Below, one piece after another: positions 38,640 through 53,350 of a stretch of 64,000 nt of DNA. The translations under genes were made by a program, and so were the position numbers. Under the pieces are notes generated by a model, which saw only the letters and a list, made by a program, of their open reading frames with translations, was not told the origin of the DNA and made no database searches. How positions within the stretch are numbered: the first letter of the stretch is position 1; each line of letters starts with the position of its first letter. The stretch comes from Sphyrna mokarran (Eukaryota). The stretch spans positions 84,444,001 to 84,508,000 of the forward strand of contig JAGIQG010000005.1 in NCBI GenBank assembly GCA_024679065.1, given 5' to 3'.

Positions 38640-40509
38640 CTGCAATGCACAATTACAAACTGAATGTAGATATCCACAGCAAAACACTTCTACATTTTCT
38701 CTTACTGATTCTTCAGTAATGGCATGTAACTGAACCACAGTGGAGGAATACGGTGAAGTTCCAATCACCAACCCAAAAAAACACACCAAAATGCAGGTAC
38801 TTAACAAATTAACATCTAATATAGTTAACGAGAAAAGAATAAGCTAGTCACAAAGAGCTTCAGGAACAGTTCAGCCAAGATGCAGCATGGTTAGCATGTC
38901 AGTATTTGATAGATATGGGTAGGGGTAAAAGAGAGAAAGCTGTAGCCCGCTTACAGCTCAATTCTGGCAGGGCTGCAGTCATTCATTTGAAAGCAAGAAA
39001 GAATGAATGACTCTTAGAAGCAACTTTTGTGAGAGGCATGCTTAGGAAATTTAAGACAGTTACTATTTTCACACACTTTCTCAGTAGTTTTAAATTCAGT
39101 GCTAAACTGAATTTAACACATTAAAAATAATCCAGTACAAAATACTACCAATTACAGATGATCCTTCTTTTCCCACTTACAACCTCCAAAACTCTGTTAC
39201 TCTTCTAACTTCTAAGAATCTTTCAAACACACATTAAAACTAAAATATTTTTAGGTAATAATCATAGTTCATACTGGTTTACAGTTAATGTCATCTGGGT
39301 TAACCCATGATTCCCTCAATAACATTATAATTGTAACCTCATATTTTCAAACTTCCAACATGAAATTTTATATTGGAGAATTGTGTCAGACATTTGATAA
39401 TGTGCTTCATCCACCTCAAATAACCAGTAATTTTAATCAAAGAAAAACTATCCAATTACAAATATAGGATTTGAAGACCAAATGAAAGTTCCCAATTAGA
39501 TTGAACTCAGACATTCTTGCCTAATCCAGAACTGTATCCTTCTGTATTACCTACTGGACTTTTTGGACAGCAGCCTTAGTTATCTTGTTATACTTCTTCA
39601 TCACTATTAATAAACTACCTCTACAGTGAGAATTATTTTTCTTGTGTACAAGATTTAAAGGTGAGATTTTGCCGCAGCTGTGGAAGTTGGAGTGGGTTTT
39701 TAGATGGATAAGATACTTACACGATACTGACAGGAGAAGCCAATTAAAATGTGATAGGTAGGGGAGGCAGCCTACTGAAGTCACCACTGCCAAAGCAGCA
39801 AGGAAAACATTTTGAAGCACACTTGAACGGGTAAGCATTAAAATTCATTTCTATATGGGCCAAATACGCAGGGTCTAGACAGTAGAAACCAATCCATTGA
39901 GGCCTCTGGTTCTAATAGCCTCGTTGAAAAATTGCTGGGAAGCCAATTTCTTTAAGCAGTAAGTGGCCTTCTGAATGACAGAAAGCTGTTCTGTCACTAG
40001 CAAAATGCCTCTGTGCCAGAAAATTACAGTATCTTATTTCCTTTTACCACTTACATATTGAAGTCCCTTCCTTTGCAAAAAAATTTTTAAAAGATATACA
40101 TAATTTACATATAATACTTTCTTTCCCTGCATCGTAGTATTTGTTCTGTGATTTGGCTGATAACTTCAAAAAGAATGACTGCTTGACCAATTTCACGTTT
40201 TGATCAATAGTCACTGAAAATTGCTGGTATAGCCAACATACGAAATTTACAAAACCTTCAAATTGTAACTTCTATCATTATCCTTATAGGAATCGTATTC
40301 CAGAGGACAAGATTGTAGGGTGGACATATCAGACAATAGCAATTTTAATAGAGAAACAAAAGATGAAAACAAAATGAAAAAATTAAAAAAGTAAAGAGTC
40401 TGAAAGAACAAGCCCCAAGGGCATACCTAATGAGTAATGGAAACAAGGATATATCCCTGTGAGGAAGAAAGATTCTTGAAATGGAATAAATCAACTACGG
40501 TCAACCACA

Positions 40510-41480
40510 GGGTCACGTGATGTGAGCACGGAAACAACCGCATTTTCAAAAGCTCTGCCACTACACACTTTTTAATTCATTTTTTTAATCCTGATGTACA
40601 GCCCATAACTACTTGATCCTGATGTGCATAACCTGTGCTATGTTTCTAAAAGGTCCTGCTAAAGTTTGGCAACAGGAAGCTGAGTTAAATCAAGAAACTA
40701 CTTCTTTGATTGAGGCAATCAGAGATGACTGGTGTGGGTGCGGGTGGGCGGTCCAGTTTGCAGTGGTGGTTTCATTGGTGAGCAAGCCTACACTTCAGTG
40801 GTGCCATAGACATTGAAATGATGACTGCTATTGTGAATAAAGTTGTGGACAATAGTCTCAGCTTCCTGGCATAAATTGCTGGTGCACTGATGAACTGCAA
40901 GATATCTTAAAAAGAATGGACATAGCGGAGAAGAGAATGCTGTCAATCAAGTCGTCAATTTCCTCAGTGGGGGCTCATTGTCAGTCCTTGAAAATCCTGC
41001 TGCATGATCGAATATACTGGTTGATTCAGGGAGATAGGATTGGAGAAAGAGTACCATGTGCCTAACCTCCTGAGGATGAATTAATTTCCAGCCAAATTTG
41101 TCAACTCTGCCATGCTTTCATGACTGCGATTTGAAGGCTGGTCATTTTGAATTGGATACAGCACAACGTATCTGGTTTTCGAATTCCGAGATCAGTTCAA
41201 GACTGTGACACTGATCTTAGTGTCTTGACCTCGGTGTCTGTCAAGAAGGACTGAAGATAGTTGGAACTGACAGGTCTTTGCCACCCTCTGGGGCCTAGGT
41301 TTCTGTTTACTACGGGTTCGGATGACAACATGGCGAAGATGCAAAGGCTTTAGTGAAACTCTGGATGATCCTCGATGTTGCTCACTGATCCCATCATGGC
41401 TTTGGCCTTTTCAAGATCCATACATGGCAACCTTCTGCAGTTCATCATTAATCCTGAAATTTATTCTTTTGTGAATATAC
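40510..41480 (+). mobile_element. Possible L1/Tx1-clade 5' UTR and ORF1 remnant
   Basis: CpG-containing start GGGTCACGTGATG; ELDTAQRI (~41149) resembles the ORF1 EIDRAHR motif. Confidence 0.4.
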
Positions 41481-41525
41481 ACCAGATTTTGTGATATTGG
41501 TTGGAATTCTCTGGCTGTTTACACA

Positions 41526-41693
41526 GGTGAGATTTTCTGGTCCCACTGGCAGAACACCCTCGCTGCAAGCTTCCCAGTGGCATGGGCTGCAGTTAATGGG
41601 AAATCCCATTGACAGAACAATTAGAACTTGCCATCAGCGAATGGCACACTATCACCTGTCACGAAAAACGCTGTAGAAGGCCAGAGAATCTCC
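41526..41693. mobile_element. Short MITE-like element
   Basis: Inverted ends GAGATTTTCTGGTC ... GGCCAGAGAATCTC. Confidence 0.55.
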
Positions 41694-42569
41694 TTAATTG
41701 TTTTTTATCCTGATAAGGGTCTATGATACATGAGCACAGAGGAGTTTGTTGTCTGTTATCCTGTTACAGTGTGAAGTTCCGAATTTATTAACTCTAGACT
41801 GTACCCCCTATGATTATATCTGTGTTGATTGATGGGGAAAATCTTGTAATTAAGCTGAGGCGGATTTTGCTGATTATCCTGTTTAAAACTACATTTTGCA
41901 GTTCTTTGTTAATCCTTGCAAATTCTTGAAAGTATCTGCTGTAATTTAATCTCTTAATTAATCCTGTTATCACATTAATCCTGTTAATTAATCCTGTTAA
42001 TCAATGTTATCACATTGATAAGGACAATCTTGCAAGTGAGCATGGAAGTGAATATTCACTTGTAATCCTGAGTTCAAGAACATCCATTTATCTTTAGTGG
42101 AATGCATCATGCAAGCTACTACTCGTTCCTGAGTAGATTGTGTTGTGTAGATTGTATAATACGGTGCAATTTTTATCTGTCTTCTCTTATGATTCTGGGG
42201 TATACAGTGGTGAATATTTTCACCTGATATCCTTCATACAATTATGGTTAAAATGTATATCACCATTGCAGGAAGGTGGGCAGGTGATGAAGGTAATGGA
42301 TAGGGGCTTACGAGTCCTCACACTGGGTGAGGACCCCCCCCCTCCCCTTAAAATTTATGGACTCACTTTTTTTTCTGTATTTCTGTTGTTTCAGAAACTC
42401 TTATTATGGTACAGACAGACTATATATACTGGGAAAAAATATTGCATTGCAGTGAATGGGATAGTGGGGGATGGGGGAAAACATCCTTTGGTGCATGTTT
42501 AAGTGTGGTGCAAAATTTCATGGTGGTATAACTGCCAATTTACTTAATATTAACATCCTGTATTTTTAT

Positions 42570-43490
42570 GGCTGAAGGTTATAGACAGAATGAATGGACA
42601 AAATCTTAGCAAATGGAATACAATATAGGAAAATATGTGCACTTTGGTAAAAAGAACAAAGAAGTTGAATGTTACTTAAAAGGAGAAAGACTACAGAAGG
42701 ATTTGAGAGTCTCGTGCATAACAGTACTGTAAATGTATCTGCATCTCAAGGACTGCTGCAGTTCAAGACGATAGTTCACCACTATCTACTAAAGGGCATC
42801 TAAGGATGGACAATAAATGCAGGTCAAGTGAACGACTCCCACATCCTGTAAATTAATTTTCAAAAACTAGCAAGAATTCAGTAGGTAATAAAGAAGCAAA
42901 CAGAATATTGGTCTTTATTTCTAAAGAAATGGAGTATAAAAGAGAATTCTTGCTAAAACTATACAAGGCTCTAGTTAGACCACATCTGGAACACTGAAAG
43001 TTTTGGTCCCCTTACGTAATGAAAGATATCCTGGTATTGAAGGCAATCAAGAGAAGGTTCACTAGACTGATTCCAGGTACGGAGGGGTTTTTTTAAATGA
43101 GAAGTTGAGTCGATAGTCACTGGAGTTTAGAAGAATGAGAGATGACCTTATTGAGACAGAGGTTTCTTAGGGGGCTTAACAGGGTAGGTACTGAGATTAG
43201 TTCCCCTTGTTTAAGAGTCTAGGACCACAGGGCATAATCTCAGAGTACGGGGGCTGTTCACTAAAACAGAGATGAAGAAAAATTCTCTCAATGATTAGTG
43301 AATCTGTTGTATTCTTTACAGCAGATGTTGTAGAAGCTGAGTCGTCAAGCATGTTCAAGATTGATAATAGACACATTTTTAATCAGTAAGGGAATCAAGG
43401 GTTTTGGAGATAAAACAGGAAAGTGGAGTTGAGGATTACCAGATCAATCACGATCAAACTGAACAATGGAGCAGATTCGATGGACCACAG
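42570..43490 (+). mobile_element. CR1-clade LINE 3' fragment with an inserted LINE/SINE tail piece (~42745-42860)
   Basis: LLKLYKALVRPHLEH, RRFTRLIPG, LEFRRMRDDLIET. Confidence 0.85.
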
Positions 43491-44349
43491 CAATTAGTAT
43501 GCAATCTGTTTAAAAGAGAAAACTTGGAACTTAAAAACTAACTTCTCACTCCTTTGTATCATCCACTTATAAAGAAATAACACCGATGGCTAGTCGATAT
43601 TAGTAATACTACAAGTCTTCTGCTTGTCAGAGTCATTGAGTGTTCATTCTATGATTATTAGCCATACTATTTAAATTGTGGAGCTCTCCAAGATGAAACT
43701 CAAAATGAAGAATACCAGGAAAGAACAACATAAGGGAGAGGAATGAGCATGAATAGAGATGCATATATAAGAGAACAAACTAAAGAAAAGTGCCCTTGGG
43801 AAGAAAATGCGTATTGGTCAAAGAGAAAAATGGTGAGCAAAGCTCAGTAACTCTGAAAAATAATTTCAATACCAGCACACCAAGTTGGTAAGTCAATGAC
43901 AACTCCATTACCACAAATTTAAGTTAATTTTCATATAAAAATAGGTAATTCTATAAGAAACAGCTAATCAAAGGCAAAGGATCAATTATTGCAAAAGCAA
44001 ACTACCAAGCTAGACACCAGATTTCTCAAACATGAGCCAAAGTCTAATAAGTGACTGGATTTGAATACAGAAAAACACTGAAGTTTATAAAGTAACATGG
44101 ATTCAATTCCAGCCTTACACAACATTAAAATTTACCACTTGTGCTTCAACAGTAAATGAACTCCATCCTTTTAATTATTAGACTAGAATGTAATAATTTA
44201 AACCTGAGACACAAAGTAAAAAGTAAGCAATATCATGAAACAAATAATGAAGCATGATAAAATGAAAATAAACAAATTCAAAACTGGTAAGAAAATTAAA
44301 ATTGTCCTGCTTGTATTTACGATTCCATGAAATGCAACAAAGGATGCCA

Positions 44350-44800
44350 CTCAATTCATCATACCTATTAGTGCTTTAAAAGAACCATCCAATGAACCCT
44401 ACTCTTTTGTGATTACCCCAAAATCCTGTAAATATTTTCCCTTCATTTGTTTATCCAATTCCCCTTGGTAAGTTACTATTGAATCTGTTTCCACCACCAT
44501 TTCAGGAAGTGCATTCTTGATCACACTAATTTATTGCAGAAAAAAATTTCCTCACATCTCATCTAGTTCTTTGACCATTCCTTAAAACAGGATCTTCTGG
44601 CTAGCAACTCTTCTGCTACTGAAGTTAATTCCTCCTTATTTACTCTTATCAAAACAATTCATGATTCTACCAACAATTCCAAATTTTCTTTTAACCTTCT
44701 CTGCTTCAAGAACACATTTGCTTCTCCAGTCTCCCCACATTAAGTCCCTCATTTGTGATAGTAGTCTAATAATGAGTCTTGACAACCTTCCAAACACGTG
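44350..44800 (-). mobile_element. Old CR1-clade 3' fragment
   Basis: Reverse-strand resemblance to the CR1 3' region (WNALPE..VETDS). Confidence 0.55.
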
Positions 44801-45502
44801 ATAGTTAGTAATTACTTAGTTTTTTTTTGAAATTGTATCTACATTTACAAACTCTAGTGATCTTTATATGCTGCATAGAATACATGTGTGTTGACCATCT
44901 GAACTAAGAACAGAATACAACAAAGCCCATTCAACGTTCTATAAAGGATCCAAAACAAGATTTCACCTACACTGACACAGAACTCCTAACCATTTTAAAT
45001 TATCTTTAAACTTTAAATTGTGGTGCTTGATGACAATATAAACCACGATATAACTTGATGCCTATCTGGCTTCACAATTTTTTTTTTAAATTTTCTTACT
45101 CTATTCTTATAGTTAAAAGCTAATGCTCAGAGTGGACCAAGCAAACCCAAATCCATCTGTTTGCTCGCTTGCTCCAAAAATCAAATTCAAATTGAATCCA
45201 ATTCATGGTCCCCCCACGAGAGGCAACCAAGATCCAAGATCAGAAGATAAGGCAGTGCACTTATGTTTCCCATATTTCACCAATAACATACTTAATACAC
45301 TTTTTCAAACCCTTAGTTTCAACATTTTTTTTTTAAACAGAGTGATCTAAACAGAAAGTGACCAATTATGGCATCACCAAAAGTTTTGCGTGACATTATC
45401 ACTTCATTGATACTACCTATCAACCATATGCCATTTACGCACAGTTAAAAATTTTTTGTCTTGAGAATTTGTCTTTAGTGACAGACGTCTTTTGTTCTGA
45501 AT

Positions 45503-45806
45503 GACACTGTGGCTAACAGGGCGTCAGAGTGCCAGGGATCCAGGTTCAATTCACCGGGACCTCGGGTGACCGTCTATGTGGAATTTGCAGGTTCTCCCCG
45601 TAGCTGTGGAGATTTCCTCTGGGTGCTCTGGTTTTCTCCCATAAGGATGTGCAATTTAGGTTGATTGGCTATGCTAAATTGGCCCTTAGTATCGGGAGGA
45701 TTAGCAGGGGAAATATATGCAGTTACAGGGATACTGACTGGGTGGAACTGTCATCAGTGTGTGCTCAAATGGGCTGAATAGCCTCTTTTTGCACTGTAGG
45801 GATTTG
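45503..45806 (+). mobile_element. HE1-like V-SINE
   Basis: GGTTCAATTC B box, V-domain, GCACTGTAGGGATT tail. Confidence 0.85.
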
Positions 45807-46098
45807 ACAATTTCGTGTCAATGTTAAATGCAGCTTTCCATTTGTCTACACAGACTGAATACCTGAATTGTGAAAAATGAAACTATAACGAAGCATTAAC
45901 AATTCAAAAACTGATGCATGCTGTAGGAAGGAACAGACCGTATGAAACGCAGCTTGGTGGCAAACCGTATTAACACACAATTCTGTTTAGTAATTAGTTA
46001 TGGAAATTTTGCAAAAGGGAGCTGGCAAACTCTGTCAAGTCAATTTCAAAATAAAAAAAAGACAGAATAAAGACAGAAGACAGAATTAAAAAACAGAA

Positions 46099-46428
46099 GG
46101 ACGGCACGGTAGCACAGTGATTAGCACTGCTGCTTCACAGCTCCAGGGTCCTGGGTTCAATTCCCGGCTCGGGTCACTGTCTGTGTGGAGTTTGCACATT
46201 CTCCTTGTGTCTGCATGGGTTTCATCCAGGCACTCTGGTTTCCTCCCATGGTCCAAAGATGTGCAGGTTAGGTTGATTGGCCATGCTAAGAAATTGCCCC
46301 TTAGTGTATAGGGATGTGTACGTTTGAGGGATTAGTGGGTATAATATGTAGGGATATTGTGGGTGGGACTGTGTTTGGCGCAAACTCAATGGGCCGAAAA
46401 GCCTCTTTCTGCACTGTAGGGTTCTGTG
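46099..46428 (+). mobile_element. HE1-like V-SINE (best preserved copy)
   Basis: GGCACGGTAGCACAGTGATTAGCACTGCTGC..GGGTTCAATTCCCGGC..V-domain..GCACTGTAGGG. Confidence 0.92.
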
Positions 46429-47131
46429 AAGAAAGGAAATCTGCACTATTCCATCTCTTCTGGATCAGGTTTTTTAAATGTATGACTGAAGCTTCGTGCA
46501 GTAAACCAAATAACTGCCTGGAAACAAGGTTAAATTGCATAGCAAGATTTCAATTAGATGGTTTATTTTTCTTCAAGTTAAATTTATAAAAAACAAAAGC
46601 TCAACAAAAATATTAATACATGACTCTCATTTTTAAAGTTCACTATTGCGTTCTGCAAACACCACAACTTGGGAATACTGAGAGACACTATCTTCAGATT
46701 TATCTGTGGCCTAGGTGTGTCCTAGCAGCAAGGCAAAAACTCACCTTATGGCTCAATGAAGACATTTAATAGTACAACCAAAAGAATTTCAAATGATGGA
46801 GCATTTACAGTTCCAATTAGGCTCTTGGGAGTCTGACATTTGCTAGGATTAATTACATCTATGAAATTTTTGTATCTCTTTTAGCAAAAGAAAATGGTAT
46901 GGAAAGAGATACCAAAATTTTTTAATAGAAACAAACTTCGTTTTAGCTGAATCTATTTATTTAGTGTGGTGCCAACCTTTATCAGACTGTTGCAAAGGTT
47001 TTGCATCTGAGAACATGTGAAGCACTTTGTTTTTCAATTATGTCCAACTCTGTGCATGATATTAATCCGTGCACAATAGTTAATCCCTGGGGGGAAAACA
47101 AACACTAAATCGCTTAACGATCAAGACTGAC

Positions 47132-47408
47132 CTGATGCTGGGAGCTATAGTCAAAAAGACCTACAGCTGCTGCTGCTGAAGAGTCCATGGATACTTGATT
47201 GCTTGAATAGTCAAACTGCAAATGATTTAGGCCAACTGCGGCCTCAATGGTGTCTAAAGTTTGAGTGTCAGAATTATGAAACTCTTCTCCAGATGGTTTA
47301 CTTGCTGTGGCATTGGCCAACTGTCCTAAAACTTCTGAAGTATTCTGGTTAGGACCCAGGCGTTCAGCCACTTCAGTGGGAGAGGCTTGACGACTTCCAG
47401 GAGTACGG
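47132..47408 (-). CDS. PUM2: PUM2 coding exon d (277 nt): RTPGSRQASPTEV...GLFDYSSQHQ
   Basis: Within ORF 47114..47419; acceptor cacag, donor CAG|gtcagt. Confidence 0.95.
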
Positions 47409-49825
47409 CTGTGCAGCATAAAAATACAAATATGGGTTTATAATTTTTTGTTAAATGCAGCACATATGCGTATGCATACACACCCATATATACTTACATT
47501 TCCAAAAATAGTCAACAATCTTGAAGAATCAAATGTTCCATAAAATATGATTTAACGGTCATGGTGTCAATACTTTGGCAACCTTTAAATATCATTTCAA
47601 ATGCTACTGGACATTGAGTGCTAATAGAGGGGTCTCCATATATTTTAAATGTACCCTGTCAAATTCAGATTAGGAATATAAAATAGATTAATAAAATATC
47701 TTTATTCCTTGAATGATATTTTCCATGAATCATAGGAATTATACCCTGACAACTGTATACCAAAAGTTCAAGAAATATTTGTACATTTGCTCTTGGGCAA
47801 AGTCAGGTCCTGATGTAGCAAATTTTCCTTCCAAAGTTAGGAATTCCCTTCCTATAGGAATATTCCATTATGTGCTACATATTTTCTTCAAATCAGAAAA
47901 GATCTCGAAGAAACTGGGTAACATATTGGTATGTTCTGAAAAATGACTCAATTAATTCAATATTCTTCATTCATTTGCTCCAAATACAATCATCATCACC
48001 ACTAAAGCAGAAGATTGGGTTGTGCATGCTTATTCTCTTAGAAATAATCACAAAAGATCATCATAGCGCTACTACTTAGATGTCAAAGAATGCTTTGAAG
48101 TCATAATGGTTTTCCATGTCTGTTGGGAAATTCTGTATGCTAGTTACAGCAATCAACTGAACACTACTAACATCATATCTATTAACCCCTGGAGGTTGCA
48201 AACCTTGTATTTTCTATTCCATCTACATTAAAATGTGAATCTGTGCACAGATCATTAAAGCATAATCCACAATTTATTTCTGATTTTGTAGTAGAAAGGA
48301 ATAATTAAAAATCAGCACTTGCATAACCAGTTATTTTTACATCATCTCCTACAATGCTTCTTTTAATTTCCTTCCAGCTAAGATAACTAGTGCCACAATA
48401 CAGTTGGTTTTGGATCTTAAGCAGTTAAGTTTCACTTTAACTGGACTGAATACCAAATCTTTGGAATCAAACTACTTGCATAAACCTCTGCCTCACTCAA
48501 CTTTCAGCAACTATAATCTGTTATAAAATGGATGGCATGGGCAACTGAAAGATTTAATGATGAGCTCAGGACTCGTATCTACTGCTATTGATTCACTAAC
48601 TTCTTAGAATCCCCAACCTTGCCATCAGGCCAAGATGATTAATTCACTATTAAAGAGATATTTCTCACTTCAGTCATGGGCAATTAATATTTGTTATAAT
48701 CCTTCTTAGTTCAAATTATATGGATGAGGGTACTAAAACATTTTCATGAGCAAGTTAGCTCTAAATCATTTGAAAATACCATCTGATGGTTCCTCGTGTT
48801 CTTTTGCTGTAAACACATCTAGCACGTGCTTTTCAGGCTTTCATTTTCTAGTATCAAATCAGTTGTTTTCCATAATTTTCTATTATAGAAAGCCAAGTCC
48901 ACCTCTAAGTGCAAAATCCACTTGGTAGTCTATCATTCCCCTAGTTCAGGACACCTTACATAGCAATACTGCACTCTTCTTAGCCTTTCCTCTTCCAATT
49001 TCCCCTAAACTCACTGGGAAACTAGGGAAAGGTAGTAAATAAAGTTAAATAATCTTTCTGCAGCAATGAAAACCAAGACTTGTCAGGACAGTTCTGCAAA
49101 AAATAGTATCCAATGATCAATCTAAAGGGTGAAATTTGAAGTGCATGCGCTAAGATAATAAAATATTAAAATGTATTTTTAGGAAAAACTTAAGCCCCAA
49201 ACATGGTAAGACCACATACGATTTAAGGTAAAGTCATGTGACAGAAGGTGGAAAAATGCAATACAACTTGAAGTGCCCTTAAAGCAGTAAATAAGCTTTT
49301 TCTGTGAATATCATCAAGACATTATCCAAATGGTTGAGAAAAAAAGCCAAAATCCATGGTATCATTTAATGGAAAATGCTGGCTGACAGATTCTTACAAT
49401 TAATATCAGCTGACATTATAAATATTAGCATATAATGAACTGAATTGTCAAGATAAAACAAATACTTGGTTTAAATTTTCAGAATTTTAACTTTCTTTTT
49501 CTATCACTGGATTTCTATCTAGATATCAACTCTAATTAGCCAACTAGCAGAAATTAATTTTGAAACTTCAGGAAGTTCCAAATGAGGCTACAGCTTACAT
49601 AGCTAATCTATGATGGCAGCTTTGTCTTGGTCCGCTTCCAATGTTTGGAACGATAACCTTCATGCCATTCTCATATGATCTTACTTAAGTTCTCCAGAGT
49701 GGAATCACTATAACCCTGGGAACAGACTGCTTCCCTTTGATCATAGGTTAACACTTATTTCAGAAAATAAATCTAGTACTTCAGCAACCTTCACAAAATT
49801 TACAATACCAAAATGAGGCACTTAC

Positions 49826-49995
49826 TTGAAATCCTTGCAGTCTGTATCTATTCCATTCTGCAAAACTAGCCCATTAGTTTTGGAAATATCATCATCTCCT
49901 TGTTTCAGATCTCTATTTTTATCTTCCTCGAATGGTGATGATTTCCCTTTCTGATCAGCCTTCTCATTCTCATCAGGCTCAGTGTCTCCAGCACC
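49826..49995 (-). CDS. PUM2: PUM2 coding exon c (170 nt): GAGDTEPDENEKADQKGKSSPFEEDKNRDLKQGDDD...DCKDF
   Basis: Manual translation; acceptor cattag, donor AA|gtaagt; similar to PUM2 DQKGKASPFEED. Not in the ORF track. Confidence 0.93.
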
Positions 49996-52069
49996 CTAAT
50001 GAAACAAAGCCACTAAGGCAGATGTACTACAGAAGTATCCTCATCATTAATGCTAAGGTATGACCATAAACAGGCTATTTTCATGCAGATGTTTCCTATA
50101 TTTTTTAAATGGCCATTTTTAAAACATTCATAAGGAATTTCTTGGTTATATTCCTTAATTTTGAGAAGTGTTGCCTTGGCCTTCGTTCTTGCTTATGTAT
50201 TTTCAGTTTTTATTTTATATTGATGCATTCATGATTTTTGAACTTTGTATAATTTCTTTATGATTTCTTCTAATATTGATTTGGTATGAAAATCTAATCT
50301 ATAAAAACATTTCTGGAATTCTCAGGTGCAGAAGGACATTTCAAAGTGTTTCACAGCAGGGCAAAAACTAAGTAATGGATACACAGGGAAGAGGGAGATT
50401 GAGAGCAAGGATGGAAAAATAAACTTACTGCTATTTTCCTTAATGTTTCTTTTTTGAACACGTACATAATTGTACCACATTGCGTGCTTTACTGAAATTA
50501 TATTGACAGCCATATATTTGGAAGCACTGTCTAATTAAAGTAAGGTTCCATGAGCACCTATCACTATTCTGCAGCTCAGACAAATGGCCATTTGCCATGT
50601 ATGATCCGGAACAGTCACTTCACCAGTTCATGGTGAAGCTTGAAGCCTGACCTTGAATTAACCAAAAATTATACAAGTGCACTTCCAAGCCAGGGTCACC
50701 CTGGAATTCTGATTAGTAGCAGAAATCCAAGCAAATTTCTTGCTCTCTACTGGGACTGTGGAGTTAACTGTAGTACCCCTTACTTTTCCCTGATTCTGAA
50801 GAGCAAGCTGAGCCACAGGGGAGCTAGATTCTGAATTTGAAACCAATAGGAAACCAAGAAATTATTACATCAAATCACTGTAGTGGGACATTGATGTTTA
50901 CAGATACATGACCAGTAAACTAATTAGAGTGAGGTTCAAACTTGTAAAATGTACATTTTGAGATGGAAGCCTTTTAATGTAGAGTGAATTGCACTTTGAA
51001 TGGGCAGATGAGAGTGATGGACAAACCCTGGATACACTGAAACAACAATCAAGCACCAAAACAGGGCAACTTCTAAGGCATTTCTGGGTGGATGAACTGA
51101 AAAGGATCTTCCTCATTTATAATAATCCTGTGGATCAAACTCAAGGGATTTTTTGAGTAAGTTAACATATTAGAAATGTAAAATACCATGGAGCCCTTAA
51201 AAGCAACAAATAGCTAGATCAAAGTTTTAGAAACATTTAAAATGGTGATGAAAGTCAAGGTCTATAAACATATTTTCTTAGCATTACTTTTACAGGTGAT
51301 ATATACAAAAAGTTAATTTAAAAGAAACACCTGGAAGTGTATTCATCCAATGTATATTTATTGAATGCAGTCTTTCAATCAGCCTTATTTGCAATTTTGT
51401 CTGTTACTTTTGAACTGTCCTATAGCATTAATTTCTTCATGATACCAAAAGCAGTTTTTTTAATCTTCTCTGTATTTGATCCATGTAGCCTGACTATCAT
51501 GTGACTATTTTACACAAAATAGACAGAACACATCACTGTCAGCAGCTCCATTTATTCACTAGACTCAGCATAAACAAATGTACGGAGGCTTTTGATTTGC
51601 ACTCTTTTTGCCTCAAACAAGTCCCCATGATTTCCATCAAAACAGTGCCTACTGCATTTTAAGCCATGTTTGAAATTTCAAAAGAAATTTTGAAAAACCC
51701 ACGGAATGTTTTTGAAAATTAAAACTGAAACAAGGAGTTTAACAAAAATCCTGCAGCTATCAAAAGCCATTTGATCATCGTGCGAGTTGACAGCCCATCA
51801 GGGCACTTATTTATAGACACTCCTGGATATCGCAGAAAACACACTGCTTGTGGCATCTCAACTTAATTTAGAAGTTATTTTCATTTTATCTAGCCCTTCT
51901 CAGGCTTTTACTAATTTCCAATAATAGAATGGCAGAATATGACATGGTAGCCAGATGTGCAAAACATGGCTGGGGATTACCTTGCTCACAAGTTTTTTAA
52001 ATATGCTTTGAAAGAGGTTTAGAATCCCAGTCAAGATCAAAACTCACCCTGGATCACTCAATTCACAAG

Positions 52070-53350
52070 CTACAACTTGTATTTATACAGTGCTTTTACC
52101 ACAATAAAACTCTGCAACACTACAGGAGTGTTGTCAAGCAAAATATAAAACTGAGCCATGTGAGAAATATTGAGGCAGACAGCCAGAACAGTGACTAAGT
52201 TTTAAGGAGCATCTTAAAGGTGGAAAAAAGTAGAGAGAATTAAGGAGGGACTCCAAAGCTTTGGACCTTGCAACTGAAGACAAAGTGCCAGTGGTGGATC
52301 AATTCAAATAGGAAATGCACAAAAAATCTGAATTACATCCAATTATTTATTTTTATCTTTAAGTAAAACCTTCCAATTATAACAAAACTATCACAAGCAT
52401 AAGGCAGTAATGATTCAGGCTCATCAAGAAGGGCAAAAAGATGAAATAATTAAACACTACTGGCCCTCTTTAAGTCAGTTACCTATGCCTTTAATATAGA
52501 AAAATACCTCAGAATATCTTCACAAAGATAATTAAGAAATTGGACACCACAGTTAAGGAGGAGAGCTTAAATAGATGTTTGGCAGTTGGTAGAGCGAGTC
52601 AAGGAAGAAAGGGAGGGAAGGAAGGCATCTTGGAAAGAAACTCACATGGAGCTTGGGTACAGCATACTTAAGGAATTTCATAGGTGTGAGGCTGAGTATG
52701 TAACAGGTTGTAGTGCTGAAAAGGAGTGAAACTATGGGGTGGGGTGGTAGAGGGAGAACACATGGTGGAGGGGAAAAGACGGACATGGTGCGAGATCAAG
52801 ATGTAGCCAAGCTGTACTTTTATCTCGACAATTTGGATGGAACATGTGTAGGTAGGCCAAAAGCGAACAGATAGGCTGGAATGAAAACATTTTGCAATTG
52901 TCGATTTGGTGACAACATCAATGGCGAGTGGAATAGGAAGGAACTTGGAGTGGTTAATCATGATACAGTTCCACGTGACTCTGCTAACCAGGGTAAGAAA
53001 ACAGTGATGGCTACCTTAAATGGGACATTTTCAAAATGTCAGGAGTGACGTAGAGGGCTATAAAGGTGATTTAAGCCTGCAATGGTTGCAAGTGAAACTT
53101 GAAGACTGTTTAGAACAGGAATTGAAACACAAAAGTATATGCAAGTGGAAAAATAAAATGTTCAGGGTGATAGGAAGGAGAGGAGCATGAGAAAAAAATG
53201 GATTTTGATACAGTGTGGCAATCAAAATCTATACAATTGGATAGACTGAATGCAAAGCTGGCAAGAATCGAAGCATTTCAAAATCTTGTACAGTATCTAT
53301 GCAATCAAATGTAAACAATAACTGAGGGTAAAATGGAGAGGGAACAAACG
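52070..53350 (-). mobile_element. Decayed L2-like LINE or SINE-tail fragments
   Basis: CAACTTGTATTTATACAGTGCTTT L2-type tail at ~52073, followed by purine-rich degenerate sequence. Confidence 0.4.

Noticed and set aside
38640-38807. 56-codon in-frame open extension upstream of exon e
   Set aside because: No convincing phase-0 acceptor with a pyrimidine tract and no Pumilio similarity; treated as intron.
41955-42016. Short tandem TAATCCTGTTA repeats
   Set aside because: Local slippage duplication without unique spacers; not CRISPR-like, and the DNA is eukaryotic.
46099-46175. tRNA-like A and B boxes
   Set aside because: SINE heads rather than tRNA genes; no full cloverleaf, and followed by the V-domain.
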